Assembly (NCBI GenBank): GCA_963748015.1
Contig: CAVVHE010000008.1
Location: 512,001-576,000, forward strand
Reading direction: 5' to 3'
Source of the DNA: Terriglobia bacterium
GTDB taxonomy: Bacteria > Acidobacteriota > Polarisedimenticolia > Polarisedimenticolales > JAIQFR01
Length of the DNA stretch: 64,000 nt
The position numbers and the translations under genes were made by a program. How positions within the stretch are numbered: the stretch's first letter is position 1; each line of letters starts with the position of its first letter. The notes under the pieces were generated by a model, which saw nothing but the letters and a program-made list of their open reading frames with translations, did not search any database and had not been told where the DNA came from. Below, one piece after another: positions 9,121 through 18,944 of this stretch.

Positions 9121-12100
9121 TTGGGCTCACTCGGGAAGAGTCTGGGCGCGGTTTTGTGCGCCATGGCCATTGCGAGCGGTGGGGTCGTGTCGGCCGCTCC
9201 GGCCGGGCGGCTCTCGCTCGACGAGCGGATCGCCGCGCAGCGGGCCATCGAAAGCGTTTTCTGGGAGCACCGGACCTGGCCCGCCGAGAACGCCGGAGCG
9301 AAGCCGCCGCTCGAGAGCCTGCTGCCGGATGAGGCGATTCGAGCGAAGGTCCTCGAGGGCCTCGCGTACTCCGAGGCCCTCGAGAAGTTCTGGGGCCGCC
9401 CGCTGACGCCGGAGCAGCTTCGCGCCGAGGTGGAGCGGATGGCCGGCGCGACGCGGGATCCCGCCACGCTGCAGGAGCTGTTCGCCGCGCTGGGAAGCGA
9501 CCCGGAGCGGATCGCGGAGTGCCTCGCCCGTCCCGCGCTCGCGGAGCGGCTCGTCCGGAGCGGGTACGCCTCGGACGCGAGCTTCCACGCCGCCGTCCGC
9601 CGTCGCGCTGAACAGGCCGTGGCGGGCGCCCTCGCGCCCGGCTCGCTGAGAGCGCTGGGCGCGGAGTACGCCGAGACCACCTGGGTGGAGAACGCTCGGG
9701 GTTCCGCCGGGGCGGTCGCGAGACGGGCGGGCGAGGTGGCGGTCGAGTCGAAGGAAGAATGGGGCCGGCTCACCGCGCGGCTCGCGGGCTGGTTCGGGCT
9801 CCACCCGTCGAGAGGAGGGCGAAGGGGCGATCCGCGCTTCGCGGTCCGACAGAAGCAGGCGGCCGGGATGGATCGCCTCCCCGAAGATCGCATCAGTCCC
9901 CTGCAGGAGGCCGAGGACCGCTACTTCGTCGCCGGCGTCCTTCGAGCCGCCCCGGGACGCGTCACCGTAGCGACCGCGAGCTGGCCCAAGCGCGGCTTCG
10001 AGGATTGGTGGGGCGAGGTTCGAGACGCTCTCGTGAGGGACGCCCTGGCGCGGCCCGAGGGTGCGATGCTCCCGGTTCTCGGCGCCCAGGGCGAGCTACC
10101 CGCGATCACGGGTGCGGCCTGTACGGACGATCGGTGGGCCGGCATTCGCACCGGCGAGGTCCCCGAGGAGAGGGACTCGCACACGGCGGTGTGGACGGGG
10201 ACCGAGATGATCGTCTGGGGTGGCTCCGGCCTGGCCGGAGCGCTGAGCTCCGGCGGCCGCTACAACCCGGCCACCGACACGTGGACGCCGACGCCTGTCG
10301 ACGCCAACACGCCGGTGCCGCGCTGGAACCACACGGCGGTCTGGACCGGCACCGAGATGATCGTCTGGGGCGGCTTCAGCGGCTGGGACGACACGGACAC
10401 CGGCGGAAGGTACAACCCCACGACCGGCGCGTGGACCGCGACGTCCGTGGGCAGCGGCGTCCCGCCGATCCGGGAAAGCCACACCGCGGTGTGGACCGGC
10501 AGCGAGATGATCGTGTGGGGAGGGGATTCGGTCCTGGTGGGCTTCCTGAACACGGGAGGCCGCTACGCGCCGTCCACCGACTCCTGGACGCCGACCTCGG
10601 GGGGCGGCAACGTTCCCTCGGTGCGGTCTCTCCACACGGCGGTGTGGACCGGGACCGAGATGATCGTGTGGGGAGGCTCGAACGACCTCGGCTTCACGAA
10701 CACCGGCGGCCGGTACGATCCCGTGGGAGATTCGTGGACGCCGACCGGCATCGGTGCGGCCGTTCCCTCCGCGCGCAGCCATCACAGCGCCGTCTGGACA
10801 GGCAGCGAGATGATCGTGTGGGGCGGGTCTTCCGGAGCGGGGCACCTGAACAGCGGCGCGCGCTACCGGTTGTCGCCCGAGGGATGGGCCCCGATGTCCG
10901 CCGGCGCCAACACGCCCTCCGCGCGCTATCTGCAGACGGCCGTGTGGACCGGGGGCGAGATGATCGTCTGGGGCGGCTTCAGCGGGACGAGGTACGTCGC
11001 CACGGGAGGCCGGTACAACCCGCTGTCCGATACCTGGGCCGCGACGGCGAACGGGGCGGCGGCGCCCGCCACGCGCGGATACCACACCACCGTCTGGACC
11101 GGCACCGAGATGATCGTCTGGGGCGGCTACTTCTACGACGGCTCCGATCACGTGCTGGACTCGGGAGGGCGGTACGACCCCGGAACGGACGCGTGGACGC
11201 CGACGACGGCCTGGTCCGACCGGCGAAGACTGCACACCGCGGTCTGGACCGGCAGCGAGATGATCGTCTGGGGCGGGGAGCGCTCGCATCTGCCCGCGCC
11301 CGCGTTCCGCCTCGCCAGCGGAGGCCGCTACGTGCCCGCCACCGACTCCTGGCGGTCCACCTCGATGGGCGCGGGCGTTCCCGCCCCCCGGCAGTATCAC
11401 ACTGCGGTCTGGACCGGCGCGGAGATGATCGTCTGGGGTGGATCCAATCCGCCGTCCGCCGAGTACAACACGGGAGGCCGCTACGACCCGGTGCACGACT
11501 CCTGGACGGCGACCTCGACGGGCACCGGAACCCCGGCGGCGCGGGACACGCACGCCGCCGTGTGGACCGGGACCGAGATGATCGTGTGGGGAGGATGGGA
11601 CGGCTTCAGCTCCTTCGGCACGGGGGGGCGCTACGTCCCGTCTTCGAACACCTGGACGCCGACCGCTACCGGCCCGCAGGGACGCTTCGCCCACACCGCC
11701 GTGTGGAGCGGGAGCGAGATGATCGTCTGGGGAGGCGAGAACTACACCTGGGGAGGAACGGCCACCTGGCTGAACAGCGGCGGCCGCTATGCGCCGGCGA
11801 CGAACACCTGGAGCTCGACGCCGTCCGACGCGAGCACGCCGGCGGCGCGCGCGTGGCACGTCGCGGTCTGGGCCGGCGACCGGATGATCGTCTGGGGTGG
11901 CCGCGACGGAGCGATCCTTCCACGATACCGGCGGGAGCTACGTGCCCGGTGCGATGTCCTTCACGCCGACGAGCGCCGGCGCCGGCGTGCCTTCTCCCCG
12001 GGCGTACGCGGCCGCGGTCTGGACCGGCGCCGAGATGGTCGTCTGGGGAGGCTCGTCCGGCGACGGCGCCGGGCAGCAATTCCTCGGCACCGGCGGGCGC

Positions 12101-12622
12101 TACGCCCCGTCCGGCGACCGATGGGTCCCGACCTCGACAGGGACGAGCGTTCCCTCGGCGCGCGACTCGCACACCGCGGTGTGGACGGGGAGCGAGCTGA
12201 TCGTCTGGGGCGGTCGCGACGCGGCCTCGAGTCTCGCCTCCGGGGGACGCTACTGCGCGGCGAGCTGCTCGTCGCCGGTGCCGACGGGGACGCCGCAGCT
12301 GAGCGTCACCGACGACAACGTCACCGCGACGATCTCGTGGGTCGGGGTGACGGGCGCGACCGGCTACGACCTCGCGCGCGGAGGGCTGGCTTCGCTGCGC
12401 GCGTCTTCCGGCAACTTCACCGTCGCCACCGACTCGTGCCTGCAGAACGACACGCCCTCGATGAGCGCCACCGATGCCGCCGCGCCGGCGGCGGGAGACG
12501 GCTTCTGGTACCTCGTGCGCGGCGCGAGCTGCGCCGGCCACGGCACGTACGATTCCGGCGCGCCGAGCCAGACGGGAAGCCGCGACGCGGAACTGGACGC
12601 CTCCGCGAACGGCTGTCCCTGA
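9121..12622 (+). CDS. Large secreted protein: conserved N-terminal domain + 14 kelch-like repeats + Cys-ending C-terminal domain; single frameshift near 11915
   Basis: Twelve R-x-x-HTAVWTG-x-EMIVWGG repeats in ORF 9121, then repeats 13-14 and the C-terminal domain continue in ORF 11897..12622. Paralogous to 25539-29843 and 30062-34414. Confidence 0.85.
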
Positions 12623-12631
12623 TCGGGGCTC

Positions 12632-13798
12632 CTACTTCCTCGCAGCCTTCCCGAGCCGGCGGATCCCTTCCGCGAGCGTCTCGTCCTTCTTGCAGAAGGC
12701 GAAGCGCACGAGGTGGCGGAACGGCGCGGGGTCCTCGCAGAACGCCCCGACGGGGATCGCGGCCACCCCCGCGCGCGCGGGCAGCTCGCGGCAGAACCGG
12801 TCCGCGTCGTCGAAGCCGAGGGGACGCACGTCGGCGACCGCGAAGTAGGTTCCCGCGGGGCGGCGCACCTCGAAGCCGGCTTCCTCCAGCCCGTCGCAGA
12901 GGAGATCGCGCCGGGCGCGGTAGGCGGCGGCGAACTCGCGGAAGTAGGCATCGTCGGCCGCGAGCGCTCCCGCGATCGCGTGCTGGAACGGCGTCGCGGT
13001 GCAGAACGTCACGAACTGGTGGGCCGACCGGATCGCCGCCGAGAGCCCGGGCGGCGCGCACGCGAAGCCGACCTTCCAGCCGGTCAAGCTGAACGTCTTC
13101 CCCGACGAGGAGATCATGACCGTCCGCTCGCGCATCCCGGGGAGCGCCGCCAGCGGAACGTGCTCGCCCTCGAACACGAGGTGCTCGTACACCTCGTCGG
13201 TGACCGCGATCAGGTCCCGGTCGCGGCAGAGGGCGGCGATCGTCTCGAGCTCCGCGCGCGAGAAGACCTTCCCGAGCGGGTTCTGCGGCGTGTTCAGCAG
13301 GAGGAGGCGCGCCCGAGGTCCCGCGGCCCGCGAGAGCGCGTCCGGATCGAAGTCGAAGCCGGGCGGGACGAGAGGAACCGTTCGCACCGTCACCCCGGCG
13401 AGGGCGAGCGCAGGGCGATAGGAATCGTACGCGGGGTCGAAGACGATCGCCTCGTCCCCGGGCTCGCAGAGGGCGGAGAGGGTCGCGAAGAGCGCCTCGG
13501 TCGCGCCGGAGAAGACCGTGACCTCGGAGTCGGGGTCGTACTCGAGCCCGTAGAACCGCTTCCGGTGCGCGGCGACCGCGCGGTTCAGCGCGGGCAGGCC
13601 GGACGATCGGCAGTACTGGCTCTCCCCCGCGCGGATGGCCGCGATCGCGGCCTCCTTGACGAACGCGGGACCGTCGAAGTCCGGGAACCCCTGTCCCAGG
13701 TTGACCGCCCCGTGCTCGACGGCGAGGCGGGTCATCTCGGTGAAGATGCTCGTCCCGAACGGCGCCAGCCGCCTGTTGAGATACGGCCGAGAGCTCAT
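12632..13798 (-). CDS. PLP-dependent aminotransferase class I/II (methionine aminotransferase YbdL / DapC-like)
   Basis: AVNLGQGFPD, NTPQNPLGK, DEVYEH, SSGKTFSLTGWKVG (PLP lysine), VRFAFCK. Confidence 0.92.
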   Translation of the reverse strand: MSSRPYLNRRLAPFGTSIFTEMTRLAVEHGAVNLGQGFPDFDGPAFVKEAAIAAIRAGESQYCRSSGLPALNRAVAAHRKRFYGLEYDPDSEVTVFSGATEALFATLSALCEPGDEAIVFDPAYDSYRPALALAGVTVRTVPLVPPGFDFDPDALSRAAGPRARLLLLNTPQNPLGKVFSRAELETIAALCRDRDLIAVTDEVYEHLVFEGEHVPLAALPGMRERTVMISSSGKTFSLTGWKVGFACAPPGLSAAIRSAHQFVTFCTATPFQHAIAGALAADDAYFREFAAAYRARRDLLCDGLEEAGFEVRRPAGTYFAVADVRPLGFDDADRFCRELPARAGVAAIPVGAFCEDPAPFRHLVRFAFCKKDETLAEGIRRLGKAARK

Positions 13799-13828
13799 CG
13801 GTGCACCCTCCGCTCCACCGTGATGCGA

Positions 13829-13982
13829 GCCGGCCGTCCGCGGTCGAGTTCGGCCCGCGCGGCACGCGGCGGCGTTGCGCGGCGCAAGTCGCCGCGCAAC
13901 CGGAGCGGGGCGGCGCGGCGACGTCTCGCCGCGCGGCGCCGAAGCGTGCCGCGCGGGCCGAACTCGAGCGCGGACGGCCGGC
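13829..13982. repeat. 154-bp nested palindromic element (REPIN/MITE-like or structured RNA)
   Basis: 39-bp outer arms (13829-13867 / 13944-13982, one mismatch) enclose two perfect hairpins (13874-13900 and 13913-13934). Confidence 0.85.
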
Positions 13983-14005
13983 GACTCGAACCGCGAGGCT
14001 GGGTC

Positions 14006-16186
14006 CTACTTGCTCCCCATCTCGGACAGGATGTGCGTCGCGGCGTCCACCTCGGTCATGACCCAGTACACGTAGCGAACGTCCACGAGGATCGAGCGCG
14101 TGCGCACCGGGTCGAAGACGATGTCGGAGCCGACCGTGTCGAAGGTGCCGTCGAAGAGCAGGCCGACCAGCTCTCCCTTGGCGTTCAGGGCGGGGGAGCC
14201 GGAGTTGCCGCCCGTGGTGTCCACCGTGGCCAGGAAGTTCACCGGCACGTTCCCGAGCTTGGGGCTGGCGTAGGGCGACGTCTTGCCGGACTTGAACGCG
14301 GCGATCGCGTCGAGCTCCTTCTTGGGCGCGTTGAAGTCTCCCTTGCCGGTGTGCTTCTCCGCGATGCCGTAGAGCGTGGTCTGCGGGAGGTACATCAGGC
14401 CGTCGTGCTCCTCGACCCCTTCGACCTTGCCGAACGTGACGCGGAGCGTGCCGTTGGCGTCGGGGGCGAGGGCGCCGCCCGAGAACTCGAGGAGCGCGCG
14501 GATGTAGGTCGGCATGAGGCGCGAGCGGAGGCCCTCGTTCTTCTTGCCGCGCTCCTCGACCTCGTCCGTCGCAGGGTAGAGCTTGACGGCCAGGTCGATG
14601 AAGCTGTCCTTCGTCGCGGTCACATCGGCGGTGGACTTGTCGAGGAGGCCGATGCGTGTCGCCATGTCGTCGAGCTTCGTCCCGGCGTACATCTTGTCCA
14701 GGAACGCGTCGATCGCCTTCCCCGCGTCGGACTCGCTCATGCCGACCGCGAGGCCGGCGGCCTCGTCCACGACCGCGAGGCGCTGGTCGGCGGGGAGACG
14801 CGCCGCGTCGAGCAGCGCATACCGGAACAGGGCGCGGTCCGCCTTGAGGTCGAGCGTCTTCTGCTGGCGCTCCTCCCGCTCGCGGATCCGCTGCCAGTTG
14901 CGCTCCTGGTACTCGGGCTGCCGGTCGATGTCCGCCTTGGCCCGCTCGAGCGACAGCTTGTAGGCCGTCCGCGCCGAGCCGAGGAGCGCCGAGCCCCCGG
15001 CCGCCCCGCGCAGGGCGGCGTCGCGCTCGCGGGTCTTCATCTCCTCGGCCATCAGGGCGTTCAAGGCCGGGAGCGCGTCGCCGAACTCCTTCTGCCGCTT
15101 GGAGTCGGCGGCGATCCACGCGGTGAGGGCCTTCTCCTGCTTCTCCTTCGTCGCAAGGAGGTCGGCCTGGAGGAGTCCCTTGAGCGTGCCGCGGTTCTTC
15201 GTGAGGCCGTTGTTGAGCCCCCGGACGCGGTTGGCGACCTTGATCTTCGTGTCGGGGTTCTCGCGCGACAGGCCGTCGAGGATCGCGAGCTGGTCCTCGG
15301 AGCGCCTGATGTTCCGCGGCAGCGACCACTCGGTCATCTGCTTGATCGCGGCGTAGGTCTCCATCCTGCGGGTCGCCCCCGGGTAGCCGACGACGAAGAG
15401 CGGGTCGCCGGGGTCGACGCCCTTCGGGTCCGTCTTGAGCCAGTACTTCGGGCGGTAGGGGACGTTGTCCTTGGAGTACGCGGCAGCCTTGCCGTCCTTC
15501 GAGACGTACGCGCGGTAGAAGCCGAAGTCCCCCGTGTGCCGCGGCCACTGCCAGTTGTCGGTCTCGCCGCCGTACGAGCCGATGCCCGCCGCGGGCGTGT
15601 ACACGAGCCGCATGTCCTGGATCTCGAGCTGGGCGATCTCGTAGTAACGATACCCCTCGAAGAAGCTGGCGACGCGGCAGCGAAGGCCGTCCTTCTCGCA
15701 CGCCTTCACGCGCTCCTTGGTCCGCCGCTCGATCAGGTCGTACCGCGCGCGGTCGTCGAGCTTCGGGTCGATCTTCCCCGTGATCTCGTCGGTAACCTCC
15801 TTGAACGAGAGGGTCACGTACGCGCGGCTCCCGGGGCCCGCCCAGAGCTCCTCGTCCCGCGTCTTGGCGAGATAACCGTCCTCGAGGAGGTTCCGCGCGG
15901 GGGTCGAGTTGTACTGCAGGGCGCCGGTGACGCAGTGCTGGTTGGTGACGATCAGCCCGTCGGGGGAGACGAACGAGGCGCTACACCCGCCGAGCGAGAC
16001 GACCGCGCCCATCGGATAGCCCGTGAGGTCGGCGAAGGTCTTGGGATTCCCCTTGAAGCCGATGGCCTCGAGCTGCTTCTTGAGCTCGGGGAGCTGCTGC
16101 GGCATCCACATGCCCTCGTCGGCGAGGGCGAGACCGGAGAACAGGAAGATGGCGAGAAGAGCGGTCAGGGACCGGAAGACTCTCAC
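14006..16186 (-). CDS. S46 family dipeptidyl peptidase (DPP7/DPP11-like)
   Basis: Signal peptide then ADEGMW; GCSASFVS..GLI.TN.HC; DNW.WPRHTGDF; PDANGTLR; DTTGGNSGSP. GTG start at 16186 with GGAGGT RBS. Confidence 0.93.
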   Translation of the reverse strand: MRVFRSLTALLAIFLFSGLALADEGMWMPQQLPELKKQLEAIGFKGNPKTFADLTGYPMGAVVSLGGCSASFVSPDGLIVTNQHCVTGALQYNSTPARNLLEDGYLAKTRDEELWAGPGSRAYVTLSFKEVTDEITGKIDPKLDDRARYDLIERRTKERVKACEKDGLRCRVASFFEGYRYYEIAQLEIQDMRLVYTPAAGIGSYGGETDNWQWPRHTGDFGFYRAYVSKDGKAAAYSKDNVPYRPKYWLKTDPKGVDPGDPLFVVGYPGATRRMETYAAIKQMTEWSLPRNIRRSEDQLAILDGLSRENPDTKIKVANRVRGLNNGLTKNRGTLKGLLQADLLATKEKQEKALTAWIAADSKRQKEFGDALPALNALMAEEMKTRERDAALRGAAGGSALLGSARTAYKLSLERAKADIDRQPEYQERNWQRIREREERQQKTLDLKADRALFRYALLDAARLPADQRLAVVDEAAGLAVGMSESDAGKAIDAFLDKMYAGTKLDDMATRIGLLDKSTADVTATKDSFIDLAVKLYPATDEVEERGKKNEGLRSRLMPTYIRALLEFSGGALAPDANGTLRVTFGKVEGVEEHDGLMYLPQTTLYGIAEKHTGKGDFNAPKKELDAIAAFKSGKTSPYASPKLGNVPVNFLATVDTTGGNSGSPALNAKGELVGLLFDGTFDTVGSDIVFDPVRTRSILVDVRYVYWVMTEVDAATHILSEMGSK

Positions 16187-16227
16187 GGGGACCTCCCAGG
16201 GAGTAGGGTGGTCGCTCATTCTTGCAC

Positions 16228-16266
16228 AAAAGAAAGGCCCCCGCGCCCGGGGGGGACGCGGGGGCC
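16228..16266 (-). terminator. Intrinsic terminator downstream of the ScyD/ScyE gene
   Basis: GGCCCCCGCG/CGCGGGGGCC stem with an adjacent A-rich tract on + (U-tract on the minus transcript). Confidence 0.7.
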
Positions 16267-16305
16267 CCGATCCGCCCGGACGGCCCGCGGCCGCCCGGGG
16301 GAAGG

Positions 16306-17496
16306 TCAATGGAGTGACACTCTTACGACCGCGCCGGTGTTCGGCTCGAAGGTCAGAGAGTTGACGGAGACGTACATCCTGCCGTCCGGGCCGGTCGCGA
16401 TACCGCCGGGGAACGGAAGCTGGCCGCCGCCGAAGCGGTCGAGCGTCGTCGGCTCGTGGAACGGGATGCGGACGATGTCGCCGGGAGGACCGGCCTCGTT
16501 CGGCTGGAACATCTCGGTCGCCCAGAAGCTCCCGCGCTCGTCGAAGGCGCAGGCGGTGACCGTCGTGAGGCCGGTCGCCCAGAGGTGGGCGGCGCCGATG
16601 AAGTCCTCGTGGGTGTCCGGGTCGATGCGCCACACGTCGGACTGGCCCGGGTTGTCCCCGAAACCGTTCTTGAACAGGTTGAGGGTGCCGACGTACAGTG
16701 CCCCGTCGGGCCCTTGCGCGATGCAGGTCGGGGTCGAGTCGCGCACGCCGTCGTTGGGAACGTAGGCGATCACGCGGTTCGAGCCGTCCGCCTCGACCTC
16801 GCTGATCGTGTTGGCGCCGGCGTCGGCCACGAAAATCCGAGGTTTGCCCGAGCGGCGCTCCTTCGTGACCAGCACGCCGTACGGGTTGGAATCGGGCAGC
16901 TCCTCCCAGAGGCTCGAGTGGTCCGCTCCCCACTGGTAGAGCTGGTCTCCCACGTCGCTCAACTCGGTAGTGGACCCATTTCCTGGATTCAGCTTGTAGA
17001 GGTGGCCGAGCTGGGGCGGGGCTGGCACATCGGGGTTGTCCGCCTCGAAGCCGCGCACGGATTCCGCGATGATCGTGACGAGAGCGCAACCGTTGCGCTC
17101 TCCGGGGCTGTTCTTCATGCAGCCGTTGCCGAAGGCGGACACGCCCGAGGGGCCGACCACCTCGGGGATCCCGTTCTCGTTGGTGTAGAGCGCGTCGAAA
17201 GAGGTGGACCAGGCCTTGCGCTGGCCGCGCGTTCCGGGGTTCACCCACTTCGACACGTTTCCGGTCGTGACGCCATGCTGCGGATCGGGGCCGGTGCCGA
17301 TGTACATGCCGGCCTCGGCCACGTACAGGTTGCCCTTCGCGTCTACGGCGACGCCGCGGGGATTGTTCAATCCCGTCACGACGGGCGTGACCGTCGGGGC
17401 GGGGGATGAAGCGCCGGCGGCGTGCGCCGCGACGCTGCAGAGGACGACCGAAGCGACAACCGCTGCTCCGCCGAGCAGCCCCTTCCACTTCTCCAC
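16306..17496 (-). CDS. ScyD/ScyE family secreted beta-propeller protein
   Basis: GLNNPRG...LYVAEAG, DSNPYGV, VADAGAN, PT.IA.GPDGALYVG, PGGIATGPDG.MYVS; signal peptide. Confidence 0.8.
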   Translation of the reverse strand: MEKWKGLLGGAAVVASVVLCSVAAHAAGASSPAPTVTPVVTGLNNPRGVAVDAKGNLYVAEAGMYIGTGPDPQHGVTTGNVSKWVNPGTRGQRKAWSTSFDALYTNENGIPEVVGPSGVSAFGNGCMKNSPGERNGCALVTIIAESVRGFEADNPDVPAPPQLGHLYKLNPGNGSTTELSDVGDQLYQWGADHSSLWEELPDSNPYGVLVTKERRSGKPRIFVADAGANTISEVEADGSNRVIAYVPNDGVRDSTPTCIAQGPDGALYVGTLNLFKNGFGDNPGQSDVWRIDPDTHEDFIGAAHLWATGLTTVTACAFDERGSFWATEMFQPNEAGPPGDIVRIPFHEPTTLDRFGGGQLPFPGGIATGPDGRMYVSVNSLTFEPNTGAVVRVSLH

Positions 17497-17715
17497 GATG
17501 CACCTCCGAGGGTGAAGGGCGGAGGAGCGTGCGAGGCCCCGTCCCGCCCGAGTTGTCTAGGGTCCGACCTCTCCGATAGTGGACTCTTCTTGTCTGTTGT
17601 CAAAAAAGGAGACGTGACCCAAGTCTCTTCGGGCAAAACGGTCACTTCCCGAGGTGGGCGGGACGGAAAACTCGGAAATCGCCGGTGGCTTGCAGGACGG
17701 CCGGGGGCCGGGGGA

Positions 17716-18786
17716 CTACGCCTCCCAGCGCCGGAAGAACAGGGACTGCCGGTGCACCGGCTGCGCCCGCTCCTCGAGGGAGGCCATCTGCGCGCCCGAC
17801 AGCGGCCTGAACTCCCGGGCGAGGGCGACGTTCTCCTCGAGCTGGGGGATCGTGTCGCACCCGACGATCACCGTCGAGACCGGCAGCGAGAGGACGTAGC
17901 GCATGGCCTCTTTCATCGTGAGCGTGCCCGGAGTCTTGGCGCCGGTGCGGTCCCCTTCCGCCGGCGGGGTCCACGAGCTGAGCAGGCGCCCCCGCGCGGG
18001 GATCTTCATCCCGATGATCCCCATCTCCTTCTCCACCGCGAGCGGGAGGAGCTTCTCCCCGAACGGGAGGTGGTGGCGGTCGGCGGCGTTGAGCGCGAGC
18101 AGGATGGCGTCGAAGGGGAAGCGTCGGATCGCCTCGAGAAGCGGCTCGGGGTCGGTGTGGCCGGTGATCCCGACGAAGCGCACGAGCTTCTTGTCCCGCG
18201 CTTCGGAGAGCGCCTCGATCGCGCCGCCCTTCGCGAAGATCTTCTCCACGTCCTCCATCTTGGAAACGGCGTGGAGCTGCCAGAGATCGAGGCGATCGGT
18301 GTGGAGCAGCTCGAACGACTTCTCGAGGAGCTTGAGCGAGCCGTCGCGCGTCCGGTCGTGCGTCTTGCTCGCGAGGAAGACCTCGCCCCGGCGGCGCTTC
18401 ATGACCTCGCCGATGTACTGCTCGCTCCAGCGCTTCTCGCCGCCGTAGCGCGCGGAGGTGTCGATGTAGTTGACTCCGAGATCGATCGCGCGCTCGATGA
18501 TCGGGACCGCGATCGCGGCGTTGTCGGACTGCTCGAGGGCGGATTGGCCGCCGAGGGAGAAGATCCCGACCTTGTGGCCGGTGCGTCCGAGATTGCGGAC
18601 CGGCATCGCCTCCACGGCCCGCGCGGGAGCGGCGGGCTTGGCCTCCGGCTTGGCCTCCGGCTTGGCCTTCTCCTGCGCGCCGGTGGACGTGACCGCCCCG
18701 ATGGCCATGCCGGCCACGGCCGCTCCGCCGATCTTGAGCAGGTCTCTGCGCTGGATCGCCGTCTCGCGGTTCTTCTCGTCGCTCAT
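17716..18786 (-). CDS. Aldo/keto reductase with twin-arginine (Tat) signal peptide
   Basis: QRRDLLK Tat motif; GVNYIDTSARYG, SE..IG, FLASKT, DRLDLWQLH, QLEENV. Confidence 0.9.
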   Translation of the reverse strand: MSDEKNRETAIQRRDLLKIGGAAVAGMAIGAVTSTGAQEKAKPEAKPEAKPAAPARAVEAMPVRNLGRTGHKVGIFSLGGQSALEQSDNAAIAVPIIERAIDLGVNYIDTSARYGGEKRWSEQYIGEVMKRRRGEVFLASKTHDRTRDGSLKLLEKSFELLHTDRLDLWQLHAVSKMEDVEKIFAKGGAIEALSEARDKKLVRFVGITGHTDPEPLLEAIRRFPFDAILLALNAADRHHLPFGEKLLPLAVEKEMGIIGMKIPARGRLLSSWTPPAEGDRTGAKTPGTLTMKEAMRYVLSLPVSTVIVGCDTIPQLEENVALAREFRPLSGAQMASLEERAQPVHRQSLFFRRWEA

Positions 18787-18850
18787 GGTTTCCTCCCGGG
18801 AGATGCCCATCCTAGGCGCGGCGCCTCGATGGTTCAAGAGGCTAGTCACC

Positions 18851-18861
18851 ATGGAACGACC
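18851..18861 (+). repeat. Left sub-terminal inverted repeat of the IS
   Basis: ATGGAACGACC is the exact reverse complement of 20378-20388. Confidence 0.9.
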
Positions 18862-18944
18862 GGCTCCGATTCGCAGTTGACGTAGGTTACGCTGCGAATC
18901 GGTGAAGAACCGTAGCGCAGAGCTACATGCGAAAGGAGCCGGTC

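Noticed and set aside
11905..11925. Programmed frameshift or phase variation in the first kelch gene
   Set aside because: No slippery heptamer or repeat tract at the site; similar isolated indels elsewhere point to sequencing error.
16306..17496. Scytonemin biosynthesis
   Set aside because: Only a lone ScyD/ScyE-like propeller is present; no scyABC or associated aromatic-pathway genes.
14006..17503. 1165-aa ORF suggesting a long N-terminal extension of the S46 peptidase
   Set aside because: The extension is an off-frame overlay of the ScyD/ScyE gene and crosses a terminator; the signal peptide and RBS place the start at 16186.
17539..17666. 11-bp inverted repeat (CCGTCCCGCCC / GGGCGGGACGG) around the ScyD/ScyE upstream region
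   Set aside because: Short and almost all G/C, so plausible by chance; no recognisable riboswitch consensus.
18635..18668. 12-bp tandem repeat
   Set aside because: It encodes a low-complexity AKPE linker after the Tat signal; unremarkable.
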